From an uncultured Verrucomicrobiota bacterium (lineage in GTDB: Bacteria > Verrucomicrobiota > Kiritimatiellia > CAIVKH01): DNA of 64,000 nt. Each line of letters opens with the position of its first letter. Positions within the stretch are counted from its first letter, which is position 1. The stretch covers positions 41,384 through 105,383 of the forward strand of contig CAZCZZ010000003.1 of NCBI GenBank assembly GCA_964503335.1, in the 5' to 3' direction. Made by a program: the position numbers and the translations under genes. Of this stretch, positions 46,233 to 56,738 are shown piece after piece. The notes beneath the pieces are model-generated. The model was not told the DNA's origin. It worked only from the letters and a program-made list of their open reading frames with translations, and did not search any database.

Positions 46233-47189
46233 TTAAATCAGAGGGTGACTTTGCCCTTGGAATCCTACCGATTCCCACACGACATACAGGGGGCGCTTCT
46301 TCGATTCTTCGTAGATCCGGCTGACGTACTGGCCTAGTAATCCGAGTGAGACGAGTTGGATGCCGCCGAGGAAGAGCATGAAGGCCATAATGGAGGTCCA
46401 GCCTGGCACAGACTCGCCCCAGCCGAACATCTTACCGAGCACGACCCGAAGCGCAAAAAGCATGCCGGCGGCGCTTATGAGCAATCCAATGCCCATCATC
46501 CAGCGCAGCGGCGCGCCGGAGAATGATGTCAGCGCGTCCCAGGAGAGCCGGATGAGTTGCCACATCGGATATTTCGTGCGGCCTGAATGACGTGCAGCCC
46601 GATCATAGAGCACGGGGCACTGGCTGAACCCTGTCCAGCACGTGAGCCCGCGCAGGAACCGGTGAAGCTCCCTTATGCCGCGCAGGGCATCGACCACCTT
46701 GCGATCGATCAGGCGGAACTCCCCTGCGTTCATCGGAACCTTGACCCCGGCAAGATGATGGAACAGTCGATAGAACGCAGCGGCCGACGCCTTTTTCAGC
46801 CACGTCTCCCCTGCCCGGCTCCTGCGGACAGCGTAGACGATCTCGTAACCTTCCCGCCATTTCGCGAGTAGTTCGGCGATGACTTCGGGCGGATCCTGCA
46901 GGTCGGAGTCGATGATCACGGCAGCGTCGCCGGATGCATGATCGAGCCCGGCGGTGATACCCATCTGATGTCCGAAGTCGCGTGACAGCCGGATCAATTT
47001 TACGCGCGGGTCTTCCTTGGCCTTGCTCTTGACCCATGGCACGGATCCGTCCGAGCTGCCGTCATCCACAAAAATCAGTTCGAAGTCCTCGGGCTGGGCC
47101 TCCATGACCTTTACGATCCGCTCATACATAAGCGGAAGGTTCTGCTCCTCGTCCAGGAACGGCGATACGATCGTAAGAAGCTTGGCCAT
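46233..47189 (-). CDS. Family 2 glycosyltransferase, polyprenol-phosphate sugar synthase type (Dpm1/ArnC/GtrB-like).
   Basis: LTIVSPFLDEEQNL N-terminus, FVDDGSSDGS and DSDLQDPPE motifs. Two C-terminal TM helices as in ArnC/GtrB. Confidence 0.75.
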   Translation of the reverse strand: MAKLLTIVSPFLDEEQNLPLMYERIVKVMEAQPEDFELIFVDDGSSDGSVPWVKSKAKEDPRVKLIRLSRDFGHQMGITAGLDHASGDAAVIIDSDLQDPPEVIAELLAKWREGYEIVYAVRRSRAGETWLKKASAAAFYRLFHHLAGVKVPMNAGEFRLIDRKVVDALRGIRELHRFLRGLTCWTGFSQCPVLYDRAARHSGRTKYPMWQLIRLSWDALTSFSGAPLRWMMGIGLLISAAGMLFALRVVLGKMFGWGESVPGWTSIMAFMLFLGGIQLVSLGLLGQYVSRIYEESKKRPLYVVWESVGFQGQSHPLI

Positions 47190-47309
47190 AGAGTCCTATA
47201 CCACGTCGGCCGCGACGCTACCAAGCGTGCCGCGAGACGCCAAGCGTGGAGTCACGACGGCTTCCGGCGCTCTTGACCGGACGCGTGAGGCTGGCCATTC
47301 TCTGCCGCC

Positions 47310-48347
47310 ATGTCGAACAGCGTACCTAACGCAAATCCAAGCGTGTCTGTTGTCATTCCCGCCTACGGTTGCGCGCGAACCATCGCAGCAGTCCTGGATG
47401 CCGTGCTCGCACAGACGGTTCAGCCGTTGCAGGTTATCGTGGTCAACGACAGGTCCCCCGACAGCCTTGACGAGGCTGTGAAGCCCTATCTGGACCGGAT
47501 CGAATATGTGACCAATCCGCGCAACTTCGGGCTCGCGAAGACCTGCAACGAGGGCCTGCGCCGGACGAAGGCACCCGTCGTGATGACGCTCCACTCGGAC
47601 TGCATCCTCGATTCGGACTACATCGAGAAACTGCTCAGGCATCTCGACTCCGACCCGAATCTCGGCGCGGCCACCGGACAGTACCTCTTTGAGAACTACG
47701 AATCGCTGGCCCTGAGCGACCGCCTGTTTGCATCCCTCAACCTTCTGCCCGTGGAGACCGACCGGAGCGATTGCTCCGTTCATTATCTGTCCTTCATCGA
47801 AGGGAAGGCCGATGTATTCCGGCGGGAGGCGATCGAGCAATTTGGATTCTTCTCCGAAAACCTTACCCTCACGGCGGAGGATCAGGATCTGTCGGCCAAG
47901 ATGCGACAGAAGGGCTACAAGATCCTCCAGGACGCCAGTTGCAGGTTCCGCGTCATGTTTACGGGAACCAGCGATTCCCTTTGGAAGGTTCTCCGAAAGC
48001 AGAGAACCTATGCCCGCGGGCAAACGTATGTCGTAATCCGTTACGGCCTGGGCATCCTGGGCGACACGACACCGAACCGGAAGTTTCGCGCACGTCACCG
48101 CTTCGGGCAGTTGCTCTTCGCGGCGGTGCTTCCACTCACCATGATCGCTCCCCCTCTCAACCCGTTCTTGTGGTGGCTTCCGCTCGCATGGATCGGACTG
48201 CGGATGATCACGTACGGATTCCTGGCGCACAGGTTCGCGCGATCCGATGTCTTGCTGACGGCTCTATTGGGTCCTGTTGCCGATGTGCTCTATTTCGCTG
48301 GCGCCATTGAAGGCACCGTCAAGACGCTGCTATTCAAGAAGACCTGA
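47310..48347 (+). CDS. Family 2 glycosyltransferase with C-terminal TM helices.
   Basis: VSVVIPAYGCARTI N-terminus, VVNDRSPD DxD-like region. C-terminal hydrophobic segments. Confidence 0.65.
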   Translation: MSNSVPNANPSVSVVIPAYGCARTIAAVLDAVLAQTVQPLQVIVVNDRSPDSLDEAVKPYLDRIEYVTNPRNFGLAKTCNEGLRRTKAPVVMTLHSDCILDSDYIEKLLRHLDSDPNLGAATGQYLFENYESLALSDRLFASLNLLPVETDRSDCSVHYLSFIEGKADVFRREAIEQFGFFSENLTLTAEDQDLSAKMRQKGYKILQDASCRFRVMFTGTSDSLWKVLRKQRTYARGQTYVVIRYGLGILGDTTPNRKFRARHRFGQLLFAAVLPLTMIAPPLNPFLWWLPLAWIGLRMITYGFLAHRFARSDVLLTALLGPVADVLYFAGAIEGTVKTLLFKKT

Positions 48348-48352
48348 AGCGG

Positions 48353-49345
48353 TCAGCCGCCCCAGGACGGCGGCAGCTTCTTTCGGATTTCGATGTTCTT
48401 GAATTCTACTGGTGTCGTCGACCCTACACGCTTCGCCCATTCCGCCATGCGTCCGATGCCTGTTCGCAGATCAACCGGTTGCTGCGCCCCGAAGACCTGC
48501 TTCACCCGCTCGTGGCTGGCGAAGGCATGGACGACTTCGTTGCGCGCGGGAAGATGCGTAATATTCGGCGTCACGCCAAACGCGCGGGCCACTTCCTGCG
48601 CCAGCTCCAGGACGCTGTGCGCCTTGTCCGCACCAACGTTGAAGACATTTTGATAAGACGCTTCGACCAGCGGCGCCCGGGCGATCACCGGCGCGACATC
48701 GTCGACGTGGCTGAAGGCGCGGGTCTGGGCGCCATCCCCGAATACGGACATGGCTTCGCCCTTCATCACCTGGTTCATGAAGATGCCAATCACATTGCGA
48801 TACCGGTCCGCGAGATTCTGTCGCTCGCCATACACGTTGTGCGGACGGAAGATCACGTGGTTCAGGCCGAACATGTGATGTGCCGCCTTGAGATCGAGTT
48901 CGACGGAGTATTTTGCGATTCCGTACGGATCCTCGGGTTGCGGAACAAGCGACTCCGTCATCGGCAACTGGTTTGTGCCGTACACCGCGATGGAACTCGT
49001 GAACACGAAGCATTTCACATCGTGCAGGACGCTCTGATTGATGAGGAGAATCGACCCGAGGACATTGTTCTCGTAGTTGAAGTGCCGGATAAAGTGGCTC
49101 AAGCCTTCCGCGGCATACGCGGCGAGATGGTACACGTAGTCGAAGCGACCGTCGGCCCACAGCGATGCGACGAAGCCTTTGTCGGCCACGGATCCTTGAC
49201 GAAAATCCACGCCGGCTGGCACGTTGCGAGCAAAGCCGCCGGACAGGTCGTCGACACCGACCACTGCGAAGCCCTGCTTCAGGCAGTGCTCCGCCACGTG
49301 CGACCCGATAAAGCCACCGACTCCAGTCACCAATACACGCTTCAT
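48353..49345 (-). CDS. NAD-dependent sugar epimerase/dehydratase (SDR family, GalE-like).
   Basis: VLVTGVGGFIGSHV Rossmann motif and YGIAK catalytic YxxxK. Confidence 0.75.
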   Translation of the reverse strand: MKRVLVTGVGGFIGSHVAEHCLKQGFAVVGVDDLSGGFARNVPAGVDFRQGSVADKGFVASLWADGRFDYVYHLAAYAAEGLSHFIRHFNYENNVLGSILLINQSVLHDVKCFVFTSSIAVYGTNQLPMTESLVPQPEDPYGIAKYSVELDLKAAHHMFGLNHVIFRPHNVYGERQNLADRYRNVIGIFMNQVMKGEAMSVFGDGAQTRAFSHVDDVAPVIARAPLVEASYQNVFNVGADKAHSVLELAQEVARAFGVTPNITHLPARNEVVHAFASHERVKQVFGAQQPVDLRTGIGRMAEWAKRVGSTTPVEFKNIEIRKKLPPSWGG

Positions 49346-49349
49346 GTTG

Positions 49350-51386
49350 CTAATCCTTCGCGGCGGGCAAGAGCTCCGCCGATTCGACCATCAAGGCCGT
49401 CTGTTCGTTCCTGACAAGATCCCTGAGCGTGAATTCCCGTTCGCCGGGTTCGAGGCGAAAAGGGCCGACGGTGTGTTCCATCGGGCGACCCGCGGTAAAT
49501 TCCACGGTCTGCTGTCCGTCCAGGTTTACGATCTTGTTGCCACCCACCGCGACGGCGCGGAGACGAAGCTGCACGTCCCTGGCCACACCGGTTGTATTGA
49601 TCAGCCGCAAGACGCCGACGTCCTCCAGCTGGCGGTAGTCGTCGAAGCGACCGGTTTGCCGCCACGGCTTCCAGTAGCCCCAGCCCGAGCCATAGAGCAC
49701 GGGCATGGGACGACCGCTAGCGACTGCATTTCGCATGGCGTTCGATGCTGAATTGAAGTGAATGTTCACAAGGAGGCGATTCGTCGTCGCCGTGAAATAG
49801 TCCTCGCGATTGGCCAGTCCGTAGTCGCGCAACTTGATGCCCGCGGTGTTCGATATGACGATATGCTGGTCGAAGAATTCGTTCGGCCAATCCCATCGCC
49901 CTACCCCGGGCTTCTCCCAGTAGTTGCGCGCAATCTCCATGTAGGCCGCATCCGGGTACTTTGTGAAGAAGGCTTTCGCCGTATCGCGCCACTTGTTGGC
50001 CACGAATTGGTCGTAGGGTTCGTCGGGTACGGTGAATGTGACAAAGACATTCGTAGGAGGATAGAGAGCGAACTCATTCCACGGCTCGTACCAGCGATCA
50101 ACGAGAACCAGCGTGCCTTTCGGGAGGTTCCTGTCGAGCCACGACACGATGTCCTTGTATGGCGTCGGCTTGCCCCGAAGCTGCGTGGACAACCATGCGG
50201 GATACGTCAACAAACCCGCGATGACAGCCACCATCGAGGCTTGCAGCATGACGGGCGAACGCGAAACGCGGCGGGAAACGGCAAGCGAAAGCTCCCCCAG
50301 CCCTACGACGATCAGGCAAAGGTAGAGCGGAAGATACGCCAGCACATAGCGCGAATAGAATCCCGCGCCGGTCGCTTCGCGCGACAGCAGGAACGAACCC
50401 ATGCCGAGGGCCATGACAACGGGCACGACCAGAAGCCATGGACGCTCTCGACGCTGCCGTATGACGCCGACAAGGCCGAGCACCAGGAGCGCGGCGGCGA
50501 GTCCCCCGCGCAGCCAGCCCTTGCCAAGGAAGAACGCCGTCCCGGCCGTCTTGAGCATCTCGACAAGCGTGGGTCCTCCGCCGAAGACGCGGCTGGCCCA
50601 CGCCCTCATTTCAGCGGAAGAACTCTTCATCAGCTGGGATACGCCCCAGTCCGCAAAGAGCACCGGCAGTCCGATGATGGCGGTCGCAGCGATCATCCCG
50701 ACCACCCGTCCCCTGACGACCGGGACCTTCATGGCCTGCCAGAGCGAAGCGCCTGCACTGACGGTCACAAGTACAAAGGCACAGAACCAGCCGGACGGCT
50801 GGCTGTAGATCATCAGGAACATGCCGGCGAGATGCGCGGCGATCCGTGTCCCCGAAATCCGGTCTTCGCGCAGCCACGCCCCCCGCAACGCATCAAGCGC
50901 GGCGATCGGCAGCAGGAAGGAGCCCAAGACCATGGGTGGATAGAAATAGGCCTCGCGCGCTGTCATGATGAGGTAAGGACCGAAGGCGGCGAGTGCCGCC
51001 AGGGTGAACGCGCCGCGAAAGCCGGATAGTCTCCGACCCAGGCACCATGCGGCAGCAACCGACGCGATGCCCCAGCACGCCGCGGGAAGTCGCATCGAGA
51101 GATGCCCGGGCTCCATGCCCGTCACCTGGACAAAGAGTTTGGTGAACGCGAGCGGGAAAGGCAGCTGGGCCGATATGCCCATGAGCTCGAGCCAGTGTCC
51201 GAAAATATACGTCCAGTTCGGCGTCGATTTGCAGATGTTGAGGAACAGGTATGTATCCGCGCGGAAGGCGGGCTCGGCAAGATGGTACAGCCGGAAGAAT
51301 GCCGCCACGGCAAGCAGAACTGCAAGCACACCCCACTCCATGCGGGTGGACATCTGTTCTTCACTTTTCGACAACTCAGGTGGCAT
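49350..51386 (-). CDS. GT-C fold glycosyltransferase, ArnT/PMT (GT39/GT83)-like polytopic membrane protein.
   Basis: 678 aa with more than 11 TM helices. N-terminal loop FRADTYLF....PPM region typical of family-39/83 enzymes. C-terminal soluble domain. Its ATG overlaps the stop of the upstream methyltransferase (ATGA). Confidence 0.6.
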   Translation of the reverse strand: MPPELSKSEEQMSTRMEWGVLAVLLAVAAFFRLYHLAEPAFRADTYLFLNICKSTPNWTYIFGHWLELMGISAQLPFPLAFTKLFVQVTGMEPGHLSMRLPAACWGIASVAAAWCLGRRLSGFRGAFTLAALAAFGPYLIMTAREAYFYPPMVLGSFLLPIAALDALRGAWLREDRISGTRIAAHLAGMFLMIYSQPSGWFCAFVLVTVSAGASLWQAMKVPVVRGRVVGMIAATAIIGLPVLFADWGVSQLMKSSSAEMRAWASRVFGGGPTLVEMLKTAGTAFFLGKGWLRGGLAAALLVLGLVGVIRQRRERPWLLVVPVVMALGMGSFLLSREATGAGFYSRYVLAYLPLYLCLIVVGLGELSLAVSRRVSRSPVMLQASMVAVIAGLLTYPAWLSTQLRGKPTPYKDIVSWLDRNLPKGTLVLVDRWYEPWNEFALYPPTNVFVTFTVPDEPYDQFVANKWRDTAKAFFTKYPDAAYMEIARNYWEKPGVGRWDWPNEFFDQHIVISNTAGIKLRDYGLANREDYFTATTNRLLVNIHFNSASNAMRNAVASGRPMPVLYGSGWGYWKPWRQTGRFDDYRQLEDVGVLRLINTTGVARDVQLRLRAVAVGGNKIVNLDGQQTVEFTAGRPMEHTVGPFRLEPGEREFTLRDLVRNEQTALMVESAELLPAAKD

Positions 51387-52267
51387 CAGGTTTTCCGGAG
51401 GATGAGGCTGCGTGTGCCGTCAGGATACAGATGCGACCAGATCATCGCCAATGGTAGAAACGCGAGAAAGAGAGGGTGACGATATCGGCCCGTCCAGCGG
51501 ATGGAGATGCTGGCCGACATCGTATTGGGAAAGGGCACAAACGAAACCTTATCAAGTCTCAGCCCGGCTTTCACCATGAGGGGTGCGAGCTGGCTTTCCG
51601 TCGGGAAGCTGATGTGCCGCGGTGCATCGAAGCCGTGCCACTTTCCGCCGAAAATCCGGAACTCCCTGCTGTCAAGGTTCGGCAGCACAGCGTAGAGCAT
51701 TCCGCCCGGCTTCAGGAGATCGCCGACAAGCCGTAGCGTTCCAGCCAAATCAGTCAAGTGCTCCATGACAAAGTGCATGGTAATCACATCCAGCTTCCCA
51801 TAAAGGTCCGCGCGCAAGTCCTCGAAGCGGTGATAAACAGGAAACCGGACCCTGCCCGCGACAGCTTTCGCAAGTTCCTCGGTGGGTTCATAGCCATAGG
51901 CTCTGCCCACGCGACCCCGCGCGTGGTCGAGGAACCAGCCATCCCCGCACCCGTAGTCGAGAATCGCCATGTCCGGCCGCAGTCGATCGAGATCGAAGTA
52001 GACCGGCCGCAAAACAATCCGCCGGGTGAATTCATGCAACCACGACTTTGAGGCATGCACCGGATATGCCGCGTAGAAGGGACTCACATCCAAAGGCAGC
52101 GGGTGCTGCTGGACCAGACCGCAGCTATCGCATTTCGCATAGCTCGCCAGCAAACCCGTGGCCAGATAGTAGTCCGCTACGGTGGAGAGGAACGAAACGC
52201 CGGCGTTTGAACCGCAGCAGAGACATCGAAACTCGACTCCTGAAGGATTTGAAACTACCGCAGCCAT
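51386..52267 (-). CDS. Class I SAM-dependent methyltransferase with N-terminal CxxC...CxxC zinc-ribbon.
   Basis: FRCLCCGS...CDSCG, then ILDYGCGDGWF SAM motif and LKPGGMLYAV. The ORF track extends to 52366; ATG candidates at 52291 and 52267. Confidence 0.65.
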   Translation of the reverse strand: MAAVVSNPSGVEFRCLCCGSNAGVSFLSTVADYYLATGLLASYAKCDSCGLVQQHPLPLDVSPFYAAYPVHASKSWLHEFTRRIVLRPVYFDLDRLRPDMAILDYGCGDGWFLDHARGRVGRAYGYEPTEELAKAVAGRVRFPVYHRFEDLRADLYGKLDVITMHFVMEHLTDLAGTLRLVGDLLKPGGMLYAVLPNLDSREFRIFGGKWHGFDAPRHISFPTESQLAPLMVKAGLRLDKVSFVPFPNTMSASISIRWTGRYRHPLFLAFLPLAMIWSHLYPDGTRSLILRKT

Positions 52268-52313
52268 TGTTGACAGATCCCCATATCGCATTCTCCTGTA
52301 GCAAGATGCGGTG

Positions 52314-52853
52314 TCAATTGGCAAGCGACTGCGCGACAACGCAGGCACCCATTTCGCGGCGAGCAATGGTCTCAGCCCTCACTCGAGCAATGTCAATGAC
52401 TCGACCCGGGTGCGCGTAGGACTCGATCAGGGTTCTCCGAAAGACTGTGACGCCCAGATAGAGACAATTGGCCAGCCTATTGTCCAAGTCCCCGGCGTGG
52501 CGAACAACGAGGCGGCCTTCGATACAGGTGCGGCTGCGTCCAGGATCTCGATCACGTGGTGCGACAGCCATGAGGGCTTGGACACCAAGATCGCGAAACT
52601 TCCTGACGATGGGATACGGGTCGATATCCCCTGCCCATTCATCATCCAGCACGACGAACTCGTGGTACAGGAACGGCAATGCCTCTATCAGGTCTCGCGC
52701 AACTGCGGTCGAGCCGAAGCCGCGACCGACATGCAGGATATCACTTGAAGCTGCTGGGATTGAGGCCCGGCGACGAATCATGTGCCGAGAAGAAGACTCC
52801 AAGCCATCTGAGAGCGTGTGCAGGATGACAATCTGTATGGGCTCGTCGGTCAT
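52314..52853 (-). CDS. Hypothetical protein (~180 aa), no family assigned.
   Basis: ORF with ATG at 52853. Sits within the glycosylation island. May be partly artefactual given the GC content. Confidence 0.3.
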   Translation of the reverse strand: MTDEPIQIVILHTLSDGLESSSRHMIRRRASIPAASSDILHVGRGFGSTAVARDLIEALPFLYHEFVVLDDEWAGDIDPYPIVRKFRDLGVQALMAVAPRDRDPGRSRTCIEGRLVVRHAGDLDNRLANCLYLGVTVFRRTLIESYAHPGRVIDIARVRAETIARREMGACVVAQSLAN

Positions 52854-52952
52854 TTGGAGTCGTGAGAATAGCGACAAACTGAATTGTCTCAACGTGGATG
52901 TTCATGGCATCGTTTAGCTGCTATTCCACACCAAGACGGGGCAAGCAATTAA

Positions 52953-54587
52953 ATGGCCGATGCGACCACACCGAAAGCAAGTGTTTTCAAGAAGTTGACT
53001 TTCTCGCTCGTTCCGTTGGTTCTCCTGTTGGGCTTAGGCGAAGTGACTGCACGCCTCTTCCTGCGCGGTGACCTGCAGAGCCAGCGACTCTTCTACGTTG
53101 CGGGAGGGCACGAGGAGTACTACGGAACCCGCAAGATCTTCATGCCTTACAGGACGCTTCCTCCGTACTACTGGACAGGTGTCCCGGGCGCAGGCTTCTA
53201 CAACAGCGCTGGATTCCGGGGACCCGACTTCCCAACTGGCAAAGCATCCGGCGTCACGCGAATCGTAACCATGGGCTGTTCCTGCACGGCCTGCGGTCAG
53301 GAGGCCTACGCAGAACGCCTGGATCGGACGCTGCGTCAAGCGATCCCGGGAGCCGGCTACGAGGTCATCAACGGTGGCATCGGCTCCTTCAGTACCTACC
53401 AGGGCATCCAAGTCCTTGAGCAGACGCTTCTCCCTCTCAAGCCGGATGTCGTGACGATCTTCTTCGGCTGGAACGACATCTGGGTGCACGACGGCAGGCG
53501 CGATTCCACGCACCGGCTTCCCGGCGCATCCAGCACGAAGATGCGGGAATGGCTGTCCGGTTCGCGCCTCTTCAAGGCGATGGTCGTCTTCGCGGAGCGG
53601 ATGCAGGGCGACCGCAAGTCGCACCGCGTTCCGCCGGATGAGTACGAGAAGAACCTGCGACGGATCGTCAGGATGTGCCGCGACGCGGGGGCTCGACCGA
53701 TCCTGCTTGTCACGCCGGACGGTCTTCCAGAGAGCAGTATCAAGGCGCGCTTCACCCTCGACAAGAACCCGCGAGACTGGGATGCCGACCTCTACTCGAT
53801 CTATGCCGACAAGTACCCTGACGCCCTGTCCTTCTGGGCCGCCATGCGCAAGACGTATAACGACATCGTATGTAAAGTCGCCCGGGAGGAGAAGGCGGAC
53901 ATCGTCGACCTCGACGGCCTTGTCAAGGAGCGGCGATCGCTGTACGAGCCCGACCTGCAGCTCTTCAAGGATGGTGTCCATTTCACGGAACTAGGACTCC
54001 AGGAAGTGGCATCGATCCTTGCCACGACCGTCGTCGCGCAGGCCGACCAGGCCGCCGTGACGGCCTATATGAATTCGGCACCGTACTTCGTCGACAATGC
54101 GGCCCGGCTCGCGGCGCAATTCCAGTACGGCGCCGCCGAACGCTATCTGAACGAGGCCGGTAAGCGGGATCCCGGTTCCCTGGCGGGTCAAGAGCAGCTG
54201 CTTGCCACGATCCAGAGCGAGCGGCCGTTCTTCGACCGTTACGATTTCGGACGCATTCAGCTGTCGAACCACGGCGACAAACAGAAAGTGCTGCAGGCAT
54301 GGCAGGAATGCCTGGCCCTGAAGCCCGAGAACGAAGATGTGCGTCTGGATATTGCCAATCTCCTGAAGGATCTGGGCCGGCATAACGAGGCCCTGCAGTT
54401 TGCGCTCTCATTTAAGGATTACACGCCCAACGCGCTTCACCGCGCGCTTTGGATCGGGGTTGAAAGCGCGGGCGCAACCGGGCAGCGCGATCTCTTCATT
54501 CAGTTGCTGCGCGATCTGGATCGCCTCTTTCCGCAAGACCCGCGCGCCCGGCAAACGCTGCTCCAGATGCAGGGAGGCCGACGCTAG
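52953..54587 (+). CDS. SGNH/GDSL-family hydrolase with C-terminal TPR-like helical domain. N-terminal signal anchor.
   Basis: VTMGCSCTA catalytic Ser block, GWNDIW block II and DGVHFT block V. C-terminal helical repeats. Confidence 0.6.
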   Translation: MADATTPKASVFKKLTFSLVPLVLLLGLGEVTARLFLRGDLQSQRLFYVAGGHEEYYGTRKIFMPYRTLPPYYWTGVPGAGFYNSAGFRGPDFPTGKASGVTRIVTMGCSCTACGQEAYAERLDRTLRQAIPGAGYEVINGGIGSFSTYQGIQVLEQTLLPLKPDVVTIFFGWNDIWVHDGRRDSTHRLPGASSTKMREWLSGSRLFKAMVVFAERMQGDRKSHRVPPDEYEKNLRRIVRMCRDAGARPILLVTPDGLPESSIKARFTLDKNPRDWDADLYSIYADKYPDALSFWAAMRKTYNDIVCKVAREEKADIVDLDGLVKERRSLYEPDLQLFKDGVHFTELGLQEVASILATTVVAQADQAAVTAYMNSAPYFVDNAARLAAQFQYGAAERYLNEAGKRDPGSLAGQEQLLATIQSERPFFDRYDFGRIQLSNHGDKQKVLQAWQECLALKPENEDVRLDIANLLKDLGRHNEALQFALSFKDYTPNALHRALWIGVESAGATGQRDLFIQLLRDLDRLFPQDPRARQTLLQMQGGRR

Positions 54588-54593
54588 CAGCCG

Positions 54594-56651
54594 TCAGCGG
54601 ATCGGCTGTGCTTCGGCGGAGTAAGCAAAGAACTGCGCCCCCATCGCATTGGGATTCGGCAGGACGTCGAGGGTCAATTCGATCGTGCCCGGAGCGAGGT
54701 TCGGGATGTCGAAGCCGAACTCCGTGAGACCCGCGGGAATCTGCATACTGTCCAGCAACTTCACGCCGTTCTGCAGGTACACATTCAGCCTGCATCCGGA
54801 CGGGGGCGACATGCCCTTCATCGTCACACGAATGCTCTGCGGCCGCGCATCGATATTCCCGACGAACAGCCTTGCTGACTGCGCCGTGGCCAGCCAGTCG
54901 TTCATCTGCTGGTCCTTCACGTAAGCCCAGTCATTGCCAAAGTAGTGGAAGACGGTGCGTCCCTGCTGCTTTGCAAGGGCGGGCATATCCTCCGGTCTGT
55001 TGAACGAGATATGGTACTTGTCCATTACCGGGGACTCCCACTGTGCCTCGCCCAGGGGCAACGTTTTCAACTGCACCATGCGTTGATACACGGGGTCGGA
55101 AAGCCAGATCCGGTTCCGGAAGAGTTCGGAGCGCGAGATCGCCTGCACGTTTGCCCGTTCAGGAGCCACAAGATCGGCCGGAGCGGTCTCGACGAAATAG
55201 GCGGTCGGGAATCGGGTGAAGAACGAGGTCAACCGCTCCCGGATCTGCATGTTCCTGTAGTCCTCCGCCGTGCTCCACGCTGCGGGATAGGACAGGTATC
55301 GACCCGGCGTCGGATACACCACGGGTACTCCGCGGGCATCGTAGACATTCCAGTAGCTATAGATTCCGTTCTCCGGAATGTTCTGCGTGATCCACTTCGC
55401 CACGCCCTTGTAGTTGGCGCCCCTTGCTTCGAGCCGCATGACAAGCCATGCATTGTAGCCAAGCCAGCCGCAGAGAAGTGTGCCCGCGATGGCAAAATAG
55501 GCCACTGCAGTCCGCGCCAGATTCCTTCCCTGCAGCATCGTCCAGATCGCATGGAGACCGAGCGCCGCAACGAGGATGAGGCAGGGCATCAAAGGCGAGT
55601 AGTAGCGAACTTCAAATCGACTAACCCGAAGCAACCAAGACTGCAGCGCGAGGTAGGCAAGGGTTTGAAGTACAATCCAGACCACCTTGTTGCGATGCGC
55701 ACGGTCAGCGCTGGAAATGCCGAACCACGCTCCTGCGAAGACGAACAGCGTGAAGGGCGCGACACACCAGAAGGACTCACCCCACCCCATACGACCGAGA
55801 AGCGCAACAAGACTTGGTGTGGTATTCGCCAGCGGATTCTCCTGGTTCACCCATCCACCGCCGAGCAACTTGAACACAAAGGGCAGGAAGCAGAAGAACG
55901 GGGCAGCAAGGACGGGAATCCAGACCATCCCGCGTTTCGCATCAAACAGGCCCTTCAGGCTGTGCCGACGTAATACCGCGACGCCAATGATCACGCTCCA
56001 CGTGGTCAGAAAGAGCAAGCCAGACAGATGACTATGCAGCAGGCCAATGGCCGAGACGACATAGGCCAGTCCCATCGGCCAACTGCGAACACCGCTGTGC
56101 TCGCGGCGCTGCCAGTATTCAAGCGCGCAGCCGATGGTGGCCATCGCAAAGAACATCGTGGTTGAGTAGTCGTATGCTTCTCTAGAATAGAAGATGTGAA
56201 AGGGGCTCAACGCGACGAGCAGCATGGCCCAGAGGCCCAGCCTTGCACCACCAAGCGATCGACCTATCCAGAAGCACAAAGGAAGGGTCAGGGTACCGAA
56301 CAGCGCAAAGGGAATACGCGTTATCCACTCGCTGGGGAAACCTTCCGGCGAGCCAAACCATGTGATCGCCGCCTTGATCAGGATCACAAGAAGCGGGAGC
56401 CGATGCCAGAACAGGAAGCGGTCAAGCTCGGTCGAGTATGCAGTCAGTAGCCCCTTTTCCTGGATGGCCGACTGGATCATGTTGATTTCGTCAATGTGAT
56501 ACGAGGCCCGGTCCAGGAACATGACGCGGAGCAGGAAACCGGCGATCAAAAGAATCCAGAAGATGCCCTTTTGCGCACTGGTCATGACGTCACCGGGTAC
56601 CGCCCGGATCGTCGGTTGTTCGTTGGTATTCATCGACTGAAAGCTGCGCAT
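54594..56651 (-). CDS. GT-C fold glycosyltransferase, ArnT/PMT-like polytopic membrane protein (second copy).
   Basis: More than 11 TM helices with YSREAYDYS loop motif and a C-terminal soluble domain. The first ~170 codons of the ORF track (to 57161) overlap the divergent methyltransferase and are rejected. Start candidates at 56651, 56633 and 56585. Confidence 0.6.
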   Translation of the reverse strand: MRSFQSMNTNEQPTIRAVPGDVMTSAQKGIFWILLIAGFLLRVMFLDRASYHIDEINMIQSAIQEKGLLTAYSTELDRFLFWHRLPLLVILIKAAITWFGSPEGFPSEWITRIPFALFGTLTLPLCFWIGRSLGGARLGLWAMLLVALSPFHIFYSREAYDYSTTMFFAMATIGCALEYWQRREHSGVRSWPMGLAYVVSAIGLLHSHLSGLLFLTTWSVIIGVAVLRRHSLKGLFDAKRGMVWIPVLAAPFFCFLPFVFKLLGGGWVNQENPLANTTPSLVALLGRMGWGESFWCVAPFTLFVFAGAWFGISSADRAHRNKVVWIVLQTLAYLALQSWLLRVSRFEVRYYSPLMPCLILVAALGLHAIWTMLQGRNLARTAVAYFAIAGTLLCGWLGYNAWLVMRLEARGANYKGVAKWITQNIPENGIYSYWNVYDARGVPVVYPTPGRYLSYPAAWSTAEDYRNMQIRERLTSFFTRFPTAYFVETAPADLVAPERANVQAISRSELFRNRIWLSDPVYQRMVQLKTLPLGEAQWESPVMDKYHISFNRPEDMPALAKQQGRTVFHYFGNDWAYVKDQQMNDWLATAQSARLFVGNIDARPQSIRVTMKGMSPPSGCRLNVYLQNGVKLLDSMQIPAGLTEFGFDIPNLAPGTIELTLDVLPNPNAMGAQFFAYSAEAQPIR

Positions 56652-56738
56652 CGTGGGGAGACGGCCAAGCCGTGTCAATGTAGGTTTGTCATCGAAAGAG
56701 ATTGCGTCAATCGCAAGCCCGCCTATTCTCCCACGTCG

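Noticed and set aside
49758-51029. 423-aa plus-strand ORF
   Set aside because: Antisense to the GT-C membrane glycosyltransferase. Highly charged, low-complexity translation.
52468-52917. 149-aa plus-strand ORF overlapping 52314..52853
   Set aside because: It is antisense to the slightly better supported minus-strand ORF. Neither has family support; I kept only the minus-strand one, at low confidence.
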